This document shows, piece by piece, positions 1 through 12,983 of a DNA stretch of 64,000 bases. The notes under the pieces were generated by a model. That model was not told where the DNA came from, ran no database searches, and worked only from the letters and a program-made list of their open reading frames with translations. Origin of the DNA: Candidatus Latescibacterota bacterium (GTDB lineage Bacteria; Latescibacterota; UBA2968; UBA8231); contig CBDCXV010000002.1 of NCBI GenBank assembly GCA_965223905.1, positions 512,001-576,000 on the forward strand, in the 5' to 3' direction. Numbering within the stretch: the first letter of the stretch is position 1; each line of letters begins with the position of its first letter. The position numbers and the translations under genes were made by a program.

Positions 1-1
1 C

Positions 2-2769
<2,768 letters not shown>

Positions 2770-2773
<4 letters not shown>

Positions 2774-3498
2774 CCGGAAGCCTGGAAACTTCGGAGATCG
2801 CCTGGGGGGATTCGCGGCTGACCTATGCCATCCGGCGTAGCGCCCGGCGGAAGAAGACCGTGGCAGTGACGGTGGATCCGGCCGGCGGGGTGTTGCTGGT
2901 GGCCCCGGAGCAGATCAGCACCAGCCGACTGGATGCGATGGTCCGGCGGAAGGCACCGTGGATCGTGAAGCGGCTCCGGGGGGTGGAGTCGGGGGATCCT
3001 CCTCCGCCGCGGGAGTTCGTCAGCGGGGAGAGCGTGATGTACCTGGGACGGCACTACCGGCTGAAGGTTGATTCCGGGGGGCCGGGGGAGGCGAAGCTGC
3101 GCGGCGGCTGGCTGCACGTTCCCGCGCCAGCGGGGGAGGGGCAGCGGGATCAGGTGCGAGCGGCGTTGGTCTCGTGGCTGCGGGGGCACGCCGAGGTGCG
3201 GTTGCCGGAACGGGTGGAGATGTGGCGGCCGAAGGTGGGCGTGGAGATGCCCCAGGTGGTGATCTCAGACCAGCAGAAGAGGTGGGGTAGCTGCGACCGC
3301 AGCGGGACCATTCGGCTGAACTGGCGCATCATCCAGGCCCCGATGCGGTTGGTTGACTACGTTGTGGTTCACGAGTTGGTGCATCTGCGGCACCGGGGGC
3401 ACGGCCGGGACTACTGGCAGGCCCTTGGGCGGATTATGCCGGATTATGAGCGCCGGCGGGAGGATCTGCGGCACCGGGGGCTAGGATTCGCGTGGTAG
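2770..3498 (+). CDS. M48/YgjP-like (DUF45) zinc metallopeptidase, commonly found downstream of hsdR
   Basis: ATGA overlap with the hsdR stop; RWGSC motif and DYVVVHELVH (HExxH). Confidence 0.93.
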
Positions 3499-3579
3499 CT
3501 ACCGTGTAAGTCCTCCCAGATTTCCTTGGCAAACCCCACTTGCGCACCTCTCTCCCACCCTCCCTTGCGGATGAGGCCT

Positions 3580-4880
3580 CTAACCCATCAGTTCCTCCAT
3601 CATGCGGAATTCTTCCGCAAAACTCCCGCTTTCATCCGCATCGGCCTGCTCCCGAGCCAATTCCATGGCCCTTTCACGATCAACGGACTTCGGAATCAGC
3701 GCCAGAGCATACTTCCGAATATCCACCTCCTCCCGCTCCAGCAGCCGACGAAGGTCGATATAATCCAGCATTACTCCACAGTCCACGAGCCTTTCGATCG
3801 CGTCGCAGGTCTCCCCGACTCCACTATCCCCCTCAACTGCCTCAACAATCGCAGGGAGTACGGATTCCGTTCCCACGGTTCTCACCTTGCCATTCGCACA
3901 GTCGTCCAGATAACCTATTTCGCACTCAACTAGGAATCTGGGGAAGGTAGAGGTCAAGAACCCACTAGCCGTCCCAATAATCGTCTTTAGGCTAGCAACC
4001 GGCTCAATTGAGGCATCGTTCATCGTGACAAGATATGTTGGAATTCGCAACGCACACTGCCGACAGATATCTAGCAGATCCGGATCTCGGAGGGAGGTTC
4101 CGACAAAGATCGCCACATCCACATCCTTGGCAACATTTCGCAATTCTGTAGTCAAGTCAGGATACGGCGGCAAGGTAGTACGCTTTTCTCGCGTTGGAAG
4201 AATCATGGCGCTTCTCATTTTGGGGCCAACATACGATAGGTTATCAACAACCGAAAGGGCAAGATTCCCGTATAGAGGCATGGGGTGCCTTAGCTTGTAC
4301 ACGGCTCCATCGTCGCCCATATACCAGTCTGTTGAACCGTGCACTTTCAACAGTCTCAGCATGCCTTTCTGTGCGACATTCATTCCCCTCCACGTAGCAG
4401 TCTCCATTTCCCCAAACTCATAAAACCCGTCGTCAACCGGAGTCTCAAAACACCTACAGGCAATTTCGATGGCCCTATCGTAATTACTGGTCGCTATACA
4501 CAATTGGTGGTCCCCCATTTTCCTCACGACCACTCCCCAAAGACTTTTGGCGTGTACATCCCTAAGACGTTCACACACATGTTGGACAAACCACTCAGCC
4601 TCCCACCGCATCATCCGACTTGAGTTGAGGAGGTCTTCATCGACGGGGAAACCAAGTTTGCGATGGATGTCTTGCCCTTTCTCCAAACCTTCGACGGTCT
4701 CAATCAGCTCTTCCATGTCGTACTCCGATTGAGACAGCATTTGCTCCAACTTCTCAAGAACTCTTCCGGTCCATTCGAGGTTTGCCAAATGAGCATGGAA
4801 TTCCTCCACCATTCGACGCATTGCGGGAATACCTAGTTCTACCGAAGCACCCGCGCACCGGCAAAAAGCAGTATTTTCAA
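3580..4880 (-). pseudogene. Sir2 (SIR2_2-like) NADase-domain protein with a helical C-terminus, frameshifted near the start
   Basis: TTG at 4880 overlaps the upstream stop (TTGA). Removing a duplicated CG at ~4852 gives MKILLFAGAGASVELGIPAMRRM (GAGAS motif) in frame with ORF 3580..4821, which has TSNYD, LKVHGS and FVGTSLRD. Confidence 0.85.
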
Positions 4881-6580
4881 CTTATTGTCTCCATCAAATA
4901 CTGCCGCCTAATGGGTCCCAGTTTCCCGGTCTTCTTCGGTGACTTTGACAGTATATTTGCGATCTGTTGGGCATGTTCCTTACCATACTCTTTACAGCCA
5001 ATCCACAGTCCAATGTGGCCTTCGTTTCTACGGCAAATGGTCCGTACGATCTCCTTCCCTCCTTCATGGTCAATGTTAATCCAGATCTCGTCGCCAACCG
5101 GGAGGAGTGCTGCCGCACCCTGTCCTAGCCGGACAAGCTGCACGTTCGGCTTGTGGTCAAATACGGTTGCAACAGCTTCGCGCCCAACGACATCATTGGC
5201 GACGGCTTCAACCTGAACTAGTCTTGGAAGGAGCCCCTGGAAGTGATTCACGAGCAAGTCCCCCGTAGACGCACCTACGAAACTGGTTTCCCGGAGGAAT
5301 TGCGGCTCTCGATCAACACCTTGGACTACAAGGTGACCGCTATTCCTAAGCACCCGGACGGCTTGTTGCGTTACTTGGTTCGCTCTTGCTAGATTTAGGG
5401 GCGCAATATAGAGCTCATCCTTTTCGAGCGCCTCTATATCCCGAATAGATACTTCACTGCTTTGTTGACCTGGCTCCAGGAGACGAAATGCTTTTCTGTG
5501 GCGAAACTCCTCATCCCATAGTCTTGCTACCTTTTCGTATGGGCCAGTGCGGGGGACCGCAAGCCATATGGTTACCCAACGGCGGAGAGACCAACTTCGT
5601 GTTGTCTCATCGCTTAGCACTTAGCGTACGCATTCAATCGCACGCTCAAGTACAGCAGGGTGATAAGATCTCAACACAGGTTCGAGTTCAGCCTGTAAGC
5701 TGTCGCCTACGAATCCCTCTCGATTGAGTTTGGGCCGAAAGTGCTTGGGATCAACATGAATTGCACCTTCTATCGCCCAGAGTTGCTTTATGGCAACGGA
5801 GGCAACGAATACACCGCGATAGAGGATGTCGACATGAGCAGAGCCGTCGAAACTGTCCCAAGAATTGAATAATACGGGTGGACCAACATGAGCAGTTTGT
5901 ATCCAATCTGGCGTCAACACTGAAATAGGCCTTATTTCTCTGCTGATTCCGCCTTGGTCGATTTGTTTTCCTCCAGGGTCCTCCGTTGCCGTTAGTCCCT
6001 CCACGTCGCGAATCCAATGTGGGAATTTTTCCACTATCTGTTCAAAGGCCGACTCTTTGTCCACGAACAATATCAGATCCGTTCCTTGTTCTTTCCTACG
6101 AGGCTCAAGGGAAATCGCTTTGGTCGTTGCGTCCAACATGCCCCGGTTGAACTCCAAGCCCAAGGACTCGTTACCCGGCTTCAGAGTAAAGAGCTGGAAT
6201 TGTTCGCAAACTAGGAAGTAACTCAGGACCCCGATCCCAAACTCACCCACGGCGTTGTATTCGCCCTCCGCGGCTTTCGCTGCGACCCTAGACGCAGAGG
6301 CCCCAATTCGAGAGAAGAGTTCCACCATCTGATCTCTCCCCATGCCATCGCCATTGTCCGAGATAGTTACAGTGCGTGATTGGCGATCAAAGACTACTGA
6401 AATCTGGGGATTGACCGATGGATCTGTGGCTTGCCTACGACCCACCGCGTCAATGGAGTTCAGAATCGCCTCCCGTATTGATGCGTCCACGCTCGAATAG
6501 AAGGTTTCTCCAGTAAAGAGCTCCAGGATCGACTCCTGGTCGATAGTAAACCTTGGCGGCCAATCCGTGGTAGCATTCAT
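4877..6580 (-). pseudogene. Hsp90/GHKL-type ATPase (~567 aa) interrupted by one in-frame TAA
   Basis: GHKL boxes REAILNSIDA, DNGDGM, GEFGIG, QGT. ORFs 5621..6580 and 4877..5620 are contiguous in the same frame across TAA 5621-5623 (IECVR*VLSDE). Confidence 0.85.
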
Positions 6581-6721
6581 GTAATGACTCCTGAGGGCAT
6601 TGGCCCCTCTATCGAGTTCGTTAGGCGAAATGTCCGGTAGGCCGTTTTTTCCAGCCGTATGACGCTTGGGGCTTCAGACCGGCTCAGGACCATTCTCCCC
6701 CCTACCTCCACCTGCCAACCC

Positions 6722-7330
6722 TCACCCATACACCACCTCCACCAACGCCCGCATATACCCGATCGCATACGCCTTCCCATGCAACGCCCCATATACCGGC
6801 CCAAAGGACGGGGTGTGGACTATAAGGTACGGTCCGTTGAATCCGTTGTCCCCGGTAGACCTCCATTTCCGGCCGCAAGTCCACCTCGCCCTCGGCGATG
6901 AAGACCTCGGGGAACCGCCGCAACTGGCCCCCGACGTTGCGGAAGTGTACCCAGGCTATCTGTCTTTGAGGCCATCTTTGCGATGGCGTCGTAGACCTTC
7001 TCCGGTCCCAGCAGCTCGGTCATGCAGCCCTGGCAAAAGAGCATTCAGCTGGTGTCGATCGGGGTGACTTGAAGAAGATTCGGCGGAACTGCACCAGGGA
7101 GGAACAGATCTGCGCCACGCCGGGAAGGGGGCTGGGGCATCGGCGGGTCGTCCGGGTGCAGGGCAATTCGCACGCCCGCTTTCTCGGGCGCGGGGACCGC
7201 AGCTGCCAGGAAGCGCTCCATGCGCTTCCACATCCGGGCCTCGTCCACGGGGGAATCGTGGGGCTCGGGCCGGTTCCAAGGGGCGGTTTTGAAGGTGGCT
7301 GATCCCCTTGGTACATTCCGCGTGAATCCC
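6722..7330 (-). pseudogene. uxuA: Mannonate dehydratase remnant, copy 1
   Basis: Fragments in shifting frames: EKAGVRIALHPDDPP, LFCQGCMTE, FPEVFIAEGEVDL, NGFNGPYLIVHTP, GKAYAIGYMRALVEVVYG*. Confidence 0.8.
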
Positions 7331-7457
7331 CGACTCCAAAGGGACACCTTTCTTACGGGACTGCTCACCTTCGACAGAATGCGTATCTGAGCAGCGGGGC
7401 AGAGGATCCTTCCCTTTGCCCTCCCCACTCTCGTCGTCTTAGGCCAAGCGCGCGCCC

Positions 7458-7993
7458 ATGGACTTCTATGAGGCCGCCGCAGACCTCTACGACCACACCT
7501 TCGGACGGGCCGAGTTGGAGGGCGAGCGCGGTGACGTGGCTTTCTATGTACAGGAGGCTCGGCAGGCCAGGTTTTCGCCGGTCCTGGAGCTGGCCTGCGG
7601 CACCGGGCGGGTCCTGATCCCGATCGCCCATGCCGGGGTGCCGGTGGTGGGCTTGGACAGCTCGCCGGTGATGCTCTCGGCGGCCCGGAAGAAGGTCGCC
7701 CGGCTCCGGGAAGCGACGCGACAGCGCATCGAGCTGGTCGCCCTCGTCATCATTCCCTTCCGCTCTTTCCTGCACCTGATGACCCCGGCCGACCAGCGCC
7801 GGGCCCTGGGCCGGATCCGCGACCACCTGACCGAAGACGGCCGCCTCGTGTTCAACATCTTCGACCCGCGGCTGGACATGATCGCCTCCCATCTCGGGAC
7901 ACCGCGGGCTCGCCGTGGAGGCGCTCTACGGCGGCTTTGACCGCGGGCCCTTCCGCCACGGCGGCGAGCAGGTCTGGGTAGCGCGGAGGGGGC
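7458..7993 (+). pseudogene. Degenerate copy of the SAM-dependent methyltransferase at 8943..9752
   Basis: Near-identical DNA to 8943-9730 but missing ~39 nt (EGDMRSF...) and ~219 nt, with a frameshift. Confidence 0.88.
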
Positions 7994-8008
7994 ACTTGGT
8001 TGCTGACT

Positions 8009-8464
8009 TCAAGCCCCAGATGGATAGGGGAAGAATGAGTCCGATACCTTTACCTCGAATGAAAGATGGTTTTCTTGCGGAGAGTAGACCATCTTCCAAT
8101 TGCTCAGAATGTCACGGCCCAGGAGCGAAGGATACTGCATGTACTCTTCCAAGGGTTCCAGGAACAGAATGGGCAACTGGTATACGTAGATCTTGCTGCT
8201 GCCGCCAAAACACAGAATGGCCGGTTCTTCATATGCCCTCGCCTCTCCTCCAATTCCAGTGATCCCTTGTGGATTCTCCAGCGCACCATAATCGACTCCG
8301 ATCCTGTGCCCATCGTTCGGAGCTATCGTAGTGACAGAAGCCCCGGTATCGACCAGAAATGATATATCGCTTGGGGGTACGTTGGGAAATTGGCTCTCGA
8401 TCGAGATAACACTCTCAACATAGGGGCTTTGCGATGTGTCTCCATACCTACCGGAGATCGCCAT
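8009..8464 (-). CDS. Retropepsin-like (clan AA) aspartyl protease
   Basis: FLVDTGAS catalytic motif, GIGG flap, SLLGRD; lower GC than flanks. Confidence 0.85.
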   Translation of the reverse strand: MAISGRYGDTSQSPYVESVISIESQFPNVPPSDISFLVDTGASVTTIAPNDGHRIGVDYGALENPQGITGIGGEARAYEEPAILCFGGSSKIYVYQLPILFLEPLEEYMQYPSLLGRDILSNWKMVYSPQENHLSFEVKVSDSFFPYPSGA

Positions 8465-8474
8465 ATTGGCACCA

Positions 8475-8744
8475 TCACAGAATCATGGTACGAGGCTCGG
8501 ACTCGATATACCTGATGATGGCTTGCGCCCGAGAGTACCCTCCTGCATCCAGGGCCTGCAAGACGGACTCGAATGTCGGGCCATGTGCCCGCACCTTTCC
8601 CGAGTGAATCCCGATCCACTCATCCGGGTATTCCTCGATCATGCGAGGATTCTCCGATGACAGCAGGGTCACACTCTCGCGGTAAGCCTCCATTTGCTCG
8701 GCGATCTTGCCAGGATCGCCGATGATTTTCTCAACATCTGCCAT
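8475..8744 (-). CDS. Small DUF5678-like protein, co-oriented with the aspartyl protease
   Basis: YPDEWIGIHSGKVRAHG pattern; RBS AGGGAG; 10 bp gap to the protease. Confidence 0.7.
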   Translation of the reverse strand: MADVEKIIGDPGKIAEQMEAYRESVTLLSSENPRMIEEYPDEWIGIHSGKVRAHGPTFESVLQALDAGGYSRAQAIIRYIESEPRTMIL

Positions 8745-8942
8745 TTGGTGCTCTCCCTTGGTGCGGGGTCTATGGTTTCTGGTTTTCTTCTATTCCAAAC
8801 GAGCGCCGGCCCGAATGTACGGGTCATGGATGACCGGTCAATTCAGCGCCGGATCACAGCGCAACTCGTCGCTGTCATTGTCGTCCTTTTTGCACTCCCC
8901 ACTCTCGTCGCCTTAGGCCAAGCGGGCTCAGCAGCACCGCCC

Positions 8943-9752
8943 ATGGACTTCTACGAGGCCGCCGCGAACCTCTACGACCACACCCTCGGGCGGGCCGAGC
9001 TGGAGGGCGAGCGCGGCGACGTGGCCTTCTATGTACAGGAGGCCCGGCAGGCCGGGTCGCCGGTCCTGGAGCTGGCCTGCGGCACCGGGCGCGTCCTGAT
9101 CCCGATCGCCCATGCCGGGGTGCCGGTGGTGGGCTTGGACAGCTCGCCGGCGATGCTCGCCACGGCCCGGAAGAAGGTCGCCCGGCTCCGCGAAGCGACG
9201 CGGCAGTGCATCGAGCTGGTCGAGGGGGACATGCGCTCCTTCTCCCTCGACCGGCGCTTCGACCTCGTCATCATCCCCTTCCGGTCGTTCCTGCACCTGA
9301 TGACCCCGGCCGACCAGCGCCGGGCCCTGGGCCGCATCCGCGAGCACCTGACCGACGACGGCCGCCTGGTGTTCAACATCTTCGACCCTCGGCTGGACAT
9401 GATCGCTTCCCATCTCGGACACCGCGGCCACCCCCTGGAGAAAGAGAGCGAGTTCACCCATCCGGAAACGGGGCGGCAGGTGGTCGAATGGGTGAGGCGC
9501 CGCTACGACGCGGCGAACCAGACGATCGACGAGGAGCGGATCCTCGAGGAGCTGGACGGCGGACAGGTCGTTTCCAGGACCCCTGCGACGCTCGCCCTGC
9601 GCTGGGTCTACCGCTACGAGATGGAGCACCTCCTGGAGCTTAGCGGCTTCGCCGTGGAGGCGCTCTACGGCGGCTTCGACCGCGGACCCTTCCACCACGG
9701 CGGCGAGCAGGTCTGGGTAGCGCGGAGGGCGTCAAGCCCACCCTGCCGGTGA
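8943..9752 (+). CDS. Class I SAM-dependent methyltransferase (possible longer start at 8826)
   Basis: VLELACGTGR motif I, GLDSS, EGDMR, FDLVIIPF. Confidence 0.9.
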   Translation: MDFYEAAANLYDHTLGRAELEGERGDVAFYVQEARQAGSPVLELACGTGRVLIPIAHAGVPVVGLDSSPAMLATARKKVARLREATRQCIELVEGDMRSFSLDRRFDLVIIPFRSFLHLMTPADQRRALGRIREHLTDDGRLVFNIFDPRLDMIASHLGHRGHPLEKESEFTHPETGRQVVEWVRRRYDAANQTIDEERILEELDGGQVVSRTPATLALRWVYRYEMEHLLELSGFAVEALYGGFDRGPFHHGGEQVWVARRASSPPCR

Positions 9753-9769
9753 ACTGACCTCTCCCATCG

Positions 9770-9990
9770 CATCAAGGTCGGCTAAGGGGCCGCCTATTTC
9801 GGCTTGGCGGCCGTGGAGTCGATGGTGCAGATCTACCTGTTCAACTTCAACAAGTCGTCTTCGGGTTGCCGGCGCTCTACACCGGCCTGGCGCTGGCCCT
9901 GGCCATTGTCTGGGATGCCGTCAGGGACCCCATCATTGGGGGAATCTCCGACTGTTCCCCGCTGGGCTGCCGCCACCGGGGCCCCCGCCT
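9770..9990 (+). pseudogene. MFS/GPH-family sugar transporter N-terminal remnant
   Basis: GLALALAIVWDAVRDPIIGGISD resembles the GPH helix-2 motif; frameshifted and truncated. Confidence 0.6.
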
Positions 9991-10031
9991 GCTGGCCGGT
10001 TTCTTCCGTTCTGGACTGGGCGCCCGAAGGA

Positions 10032-10225
10032 CTATCGCTGCCCAACCTCTGGAACCGATAACCTCCGACATATCCGGCGGGCAAGGTGGTTGGCTATTTC
10101 ACCATGGCGAGGAACGGTCTCGACGGCACCAGTATTGGGGTTGCACCACAGCGAATGAGAGCGCCTTCCCGTTTGAGGTAACAACCGTGCCTCCGAAGGT
10201 GGCGAAGCAAACTGCCCCGTTTCAC
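10032..10225 (-). pseudogene. hicA: HicA mRNA-interferase toxin with a 1-nt deletion
   Basis: GTG start overlaps the hicB stop (GTGA). Reads MKRGSLLRHLRRHGCYLKREG, then after a shift at ~10162 SHSLWCNPNTGAVETVPRHGEIANHLARRICRRLSVPEVGQR*. Span is 194 nt, one short of 65 codons. Confidence 0.88.
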
Positions 10226-10437
10226 GGGACAGTGATCATTTCTCGGATGGCGTCAGCCGGCACACCGCGCAACCCCTCCTCCCGACGGTCCTCAAGGATG
10301 AGCGCTACGGCCTCAGCCAGATTCTCGCGTGCTTCCTCCTTGGTTTTGCCCTGACCGTTTGCCCCGGGGATCTCGGGGCAATAGGCGATATGCCATTCCC
10401 CATCCTGCTCGATAATCGCCGTAAACTCGTTTTTCAT
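10222..10437 (-). CDS. hicB: HicB-family antitoxin (short form), copy 1
   Basis: YCPEIPGANGQGKTKEEARENLAEA. Confidence 0.9.
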   Translation of the reverse strand: MKNEFTAIIEQDGEWHIAYCPEIPGANGQGKTKEEARENLAEAVALILEDRREEGLRGVPADAIREMITVP

Positions 10438-10503
10438 TGTGTGTTTCCACCCTCTTTGTCTTGCGTATTGCCTTCGGATGACAGTAGGCTCACCCGCTAA
10501 ATC

Positions 10504-10985
10504 TTAGGAATAATCCTGAGCCCACTCGTCCTTAATACTTAGCGTGCTGCACATTGCAATCCGCATTGCGTTGTTCATCACACGACAACGTTCAAGATTT
10601 CTCTCGATTTCAACCAACTCGGTGAGCAATCCCATACGCCCTTCGGTCGACTCAAGCCCGGAATTACGCTCTAGAAAGAAGCGATGGACCAGATAGTTCC
10701 GCTGATCTAGGGCGGTGGAAAACCCTTCCTCAACAGAATCTTCCTTGATCGTTACACGTTGTCGCACTTTGTTGAGAAGTTGCCCCATGGTCATCTTTTT
10801 GCCAAGGTCATCGATACTTAATGAATCTGAGGCGATCTGTTGTACATTTTCAAGAATCTCGTGAGGCTTTGTTCAAATAGTTGAGAATGCTGGACAGCAG
10901 AGCCAAAGCACGCGAAGACTGCATTGAGTTGCCCTTCTTCAGTCTCCAGTATCTTGAGTGACTCGGTGGTGTATCCGCGTTGCAT
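10504..10985 (-). pseudogene. Putative HEPN-like protein (~160 aa) split by a 1-nt deletion
   Basis: ORFs 10818..11006 and 10504..10794 join via a shift at ~10838 (MYN-x-IASDSLSIDDLGKKMTMGQLL). Carries RNYLVH (Rx4H); lower GC. Confidence 0.65.
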
Positions 10986-11131
10986 ATTATCGATTCCCTT
11001 TTTCATCTTTTAGCATCCTCCAACTCTATTTTGCCACTCTTGGATCCTCGGTGCGTGATCAGGAGCAAGATTGGTCGGTGGGGTTCCAAGGGCATGGCAT
11101 GGACGTAGGCGCCTGACAGCTGCCCAAGGGT

Positions 11132-11768
11132 TCAGGTTTCTGGGGAATTTGGGCAGGAGAGTCCGCAATGTGACCCGAGAATCGAACTGACGACATTGTG
11201 CAGATCTTGAAAGTGGGTGAAATACTCAAAGGTGGCGTTTTGAAGGACGTGGTTGGCGAAATCAGCCTTCCGGTTTTTTGGGAACTCACGTCCCAGCAAC
11301 CTGCCGTCGTTGTCCACCTTGCTGATCGAGATTGGCTCCAAGATCCTCTCGTCATAGGTATTCTCGATGCCGTTGCGGGCGATCACGTTGTCTTGTCGCC
11401 TCCTGAACGCGAACGGTGTGACCTTGGCAGCACCGGGCAGTTCCTTGCGCAAGTTATCCGCCTGGTCCGCGGCGTCACCATCCCACACGATTACAAAGTG
11501 CGTGTTCGTGTTCATCCTTCCGAGCAGCCGGCCGTATGCGAGTAACTGGCTGGCGCTGCTGTGTTGAGAAAGATCTTCGAAAACATGGACATTCTGTGGA
11601 AAACTCAACTGCACCCATTTCTTGAGGTGCCGGGCGTTATGTCCCTCAGTCAGTATAGTCACCTTCGCTTCGTCGTACGCTGCGATCCTTAGTCCCAGGT
11701 CCACCGTTGCGAGGCCTTCTGAAAGTTCGTTGATGGCTTCCGACTTGGTGGTGCGAGCGACGTTGAGG
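11132..11768 (-). pseudogene. TOPRIM-domain C-terminal fragment (OLD-like nuclease), 5' part lost
   Basis: ILTEG...IVWDGD TOPRIM acidic motifs. No start of its own; abuts the second M48 copy. Confidence 0.65.
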
Positions 11769-11769
11769 C

Positions 11770-12313
11770 GGGGTGGATCGTGAAGCGGCTCCGGGGGGTG
11801 GAGTCGGGGGATCCTCCTCCGCCGCGGGAGTTTGTCAGCGGCGAGAGCGTGATGTACCTGGGGCGTCACTACCGACTGAAGGTTGATTCCAGCGGGACTG
11901 GGGAGGCGAAGCTGCGCGGCGGCTGGCTGGACGTGCCGGCGCCGGCGGGGGAGGGGCAGCGGGATCATGTGCGAGCGGCTCTAGTGGGGTGGCTGCGGCG
12001 GCACGCCGCGGAGCGGCTGCCGGAACGGGTGGAGGCGTGGCGGTCTAAGGCCGGGGTGGCGATGCCTCGGGTGGTTATCGCGGACCAGCAGAAGCGGTGG
12101 GGGAGCTGCGACCGCAGCGGGACCATTCGGCTGAACTGGCGGATCATCCAGGCCCCGATGCGTCTGGTGGACTACGTGGTCGTCCACGAGCTGGTACACC
12201 TGCGCCATCGGGGCCACGACCGCGACTACTGGCAGGCGCTCGGGCGGATCATGCCGGACTATGAGCGCCGCCGCGAGGATCTGCGGCAACGGGGGGTGGG
12301 GTTGGCGTGGTAG
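11770..12313 (+). pseudogene. 5'-truncated second copy of the M48 metallopeptidase
   Basis: Matches 2958-3498. About the first 60 nt are identical, then many substitutions. Retains HELVH; lacks the N-terminal ~63 aa. Confidence 0.9.
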
Positions 12314-12578
12314 CGTCGTCGAGGGTGAGGGCCCGGTAGTTGGCGGCTAGGTCTGAGCCGCCATAACCATGCGAGGTAAGGTACGAGCTCAAGCCTCGCG
12401 GAAGCCCGAGGGTGCGGTCCGTGCCTCCCCTCTCTCTGTAGCAGGTGGGGGCGGTCGATCTGCGGCAGAGAGTCACAGTGGGTATCCTAGGCTCCGGTGA
12501 AGCCGGGGCGCCCGGTGGTCCTTGCTGGTTAGGGCTGGATGTCGGGAGCTACAGTACGGGGCTATTGGCCTTAGAGGA

Positions 12579-12983
12579 TTACGGCCGTGGCATCCATGAT
12601 GCCGCATTAGCAAGCGCCTGCAAATGCTCATTCACTTTATCGGGATCATTCATATCCGCGCAGGGCAACCGAACATCAGCATGGTAGGGATTGCAGCATG
12701 TGGGGGATGCAACTACGCATCGCCCGTCTTGAGATGCGATTTCCGCTTTCACCACAGCCCATCCCCGGAAGTTCCTGCCTCGCATCCTGTCCCTCTTGTC
12801 AGCGATTGAGGCAACCTCGTCAATCCACGAGTCGCACAAGCGGTCGAACGATACGCCGCCTTCGTCTAACCTAAAATCCCTATGGCGAAAAATCCCCCTC
12901 CTTGCCTTTCTCGCGCTCGAGTCGGAAGCGATACTCCGGCCCAATTTGCAATCCCCGCTGATGTCCTTTGTCACCATGTCCAT
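12579..12983 (-). CDS. Hypothetical protein, third gene of a coupled cassette; possible ADP-ribosyltransferase-like fold
   Basis: 134 aa, overlaps the upstream stop. Pattern R...GVSFDR...NPYHADV. The fold is inference. Confidence 0.6.
   Translation of the reverse strand: MDMVTKDISGDCKLGRSIASDSSARKARRGIFRHRDFRLDEGGVSFDRLCDSWIDEVASIADKRDRMRGRNFRGWAVVKAEIASQDGRCVVASPTCCNPYHADVRLPCADMNDPDKVNEHLQALANAASWMPRP

Noticed and set aside
5621-5623. Stop-codon recoding or an alternative genetic code
   Set aside because: TAA terminates normal genes here (e.g. 15410, 48205), and no other gene needs readthrough.
11132-11968. 278-aa ORF as an intact gene
   Set aside because: Chimeric: the first ~66 codons are the antisense of the M48 copy.
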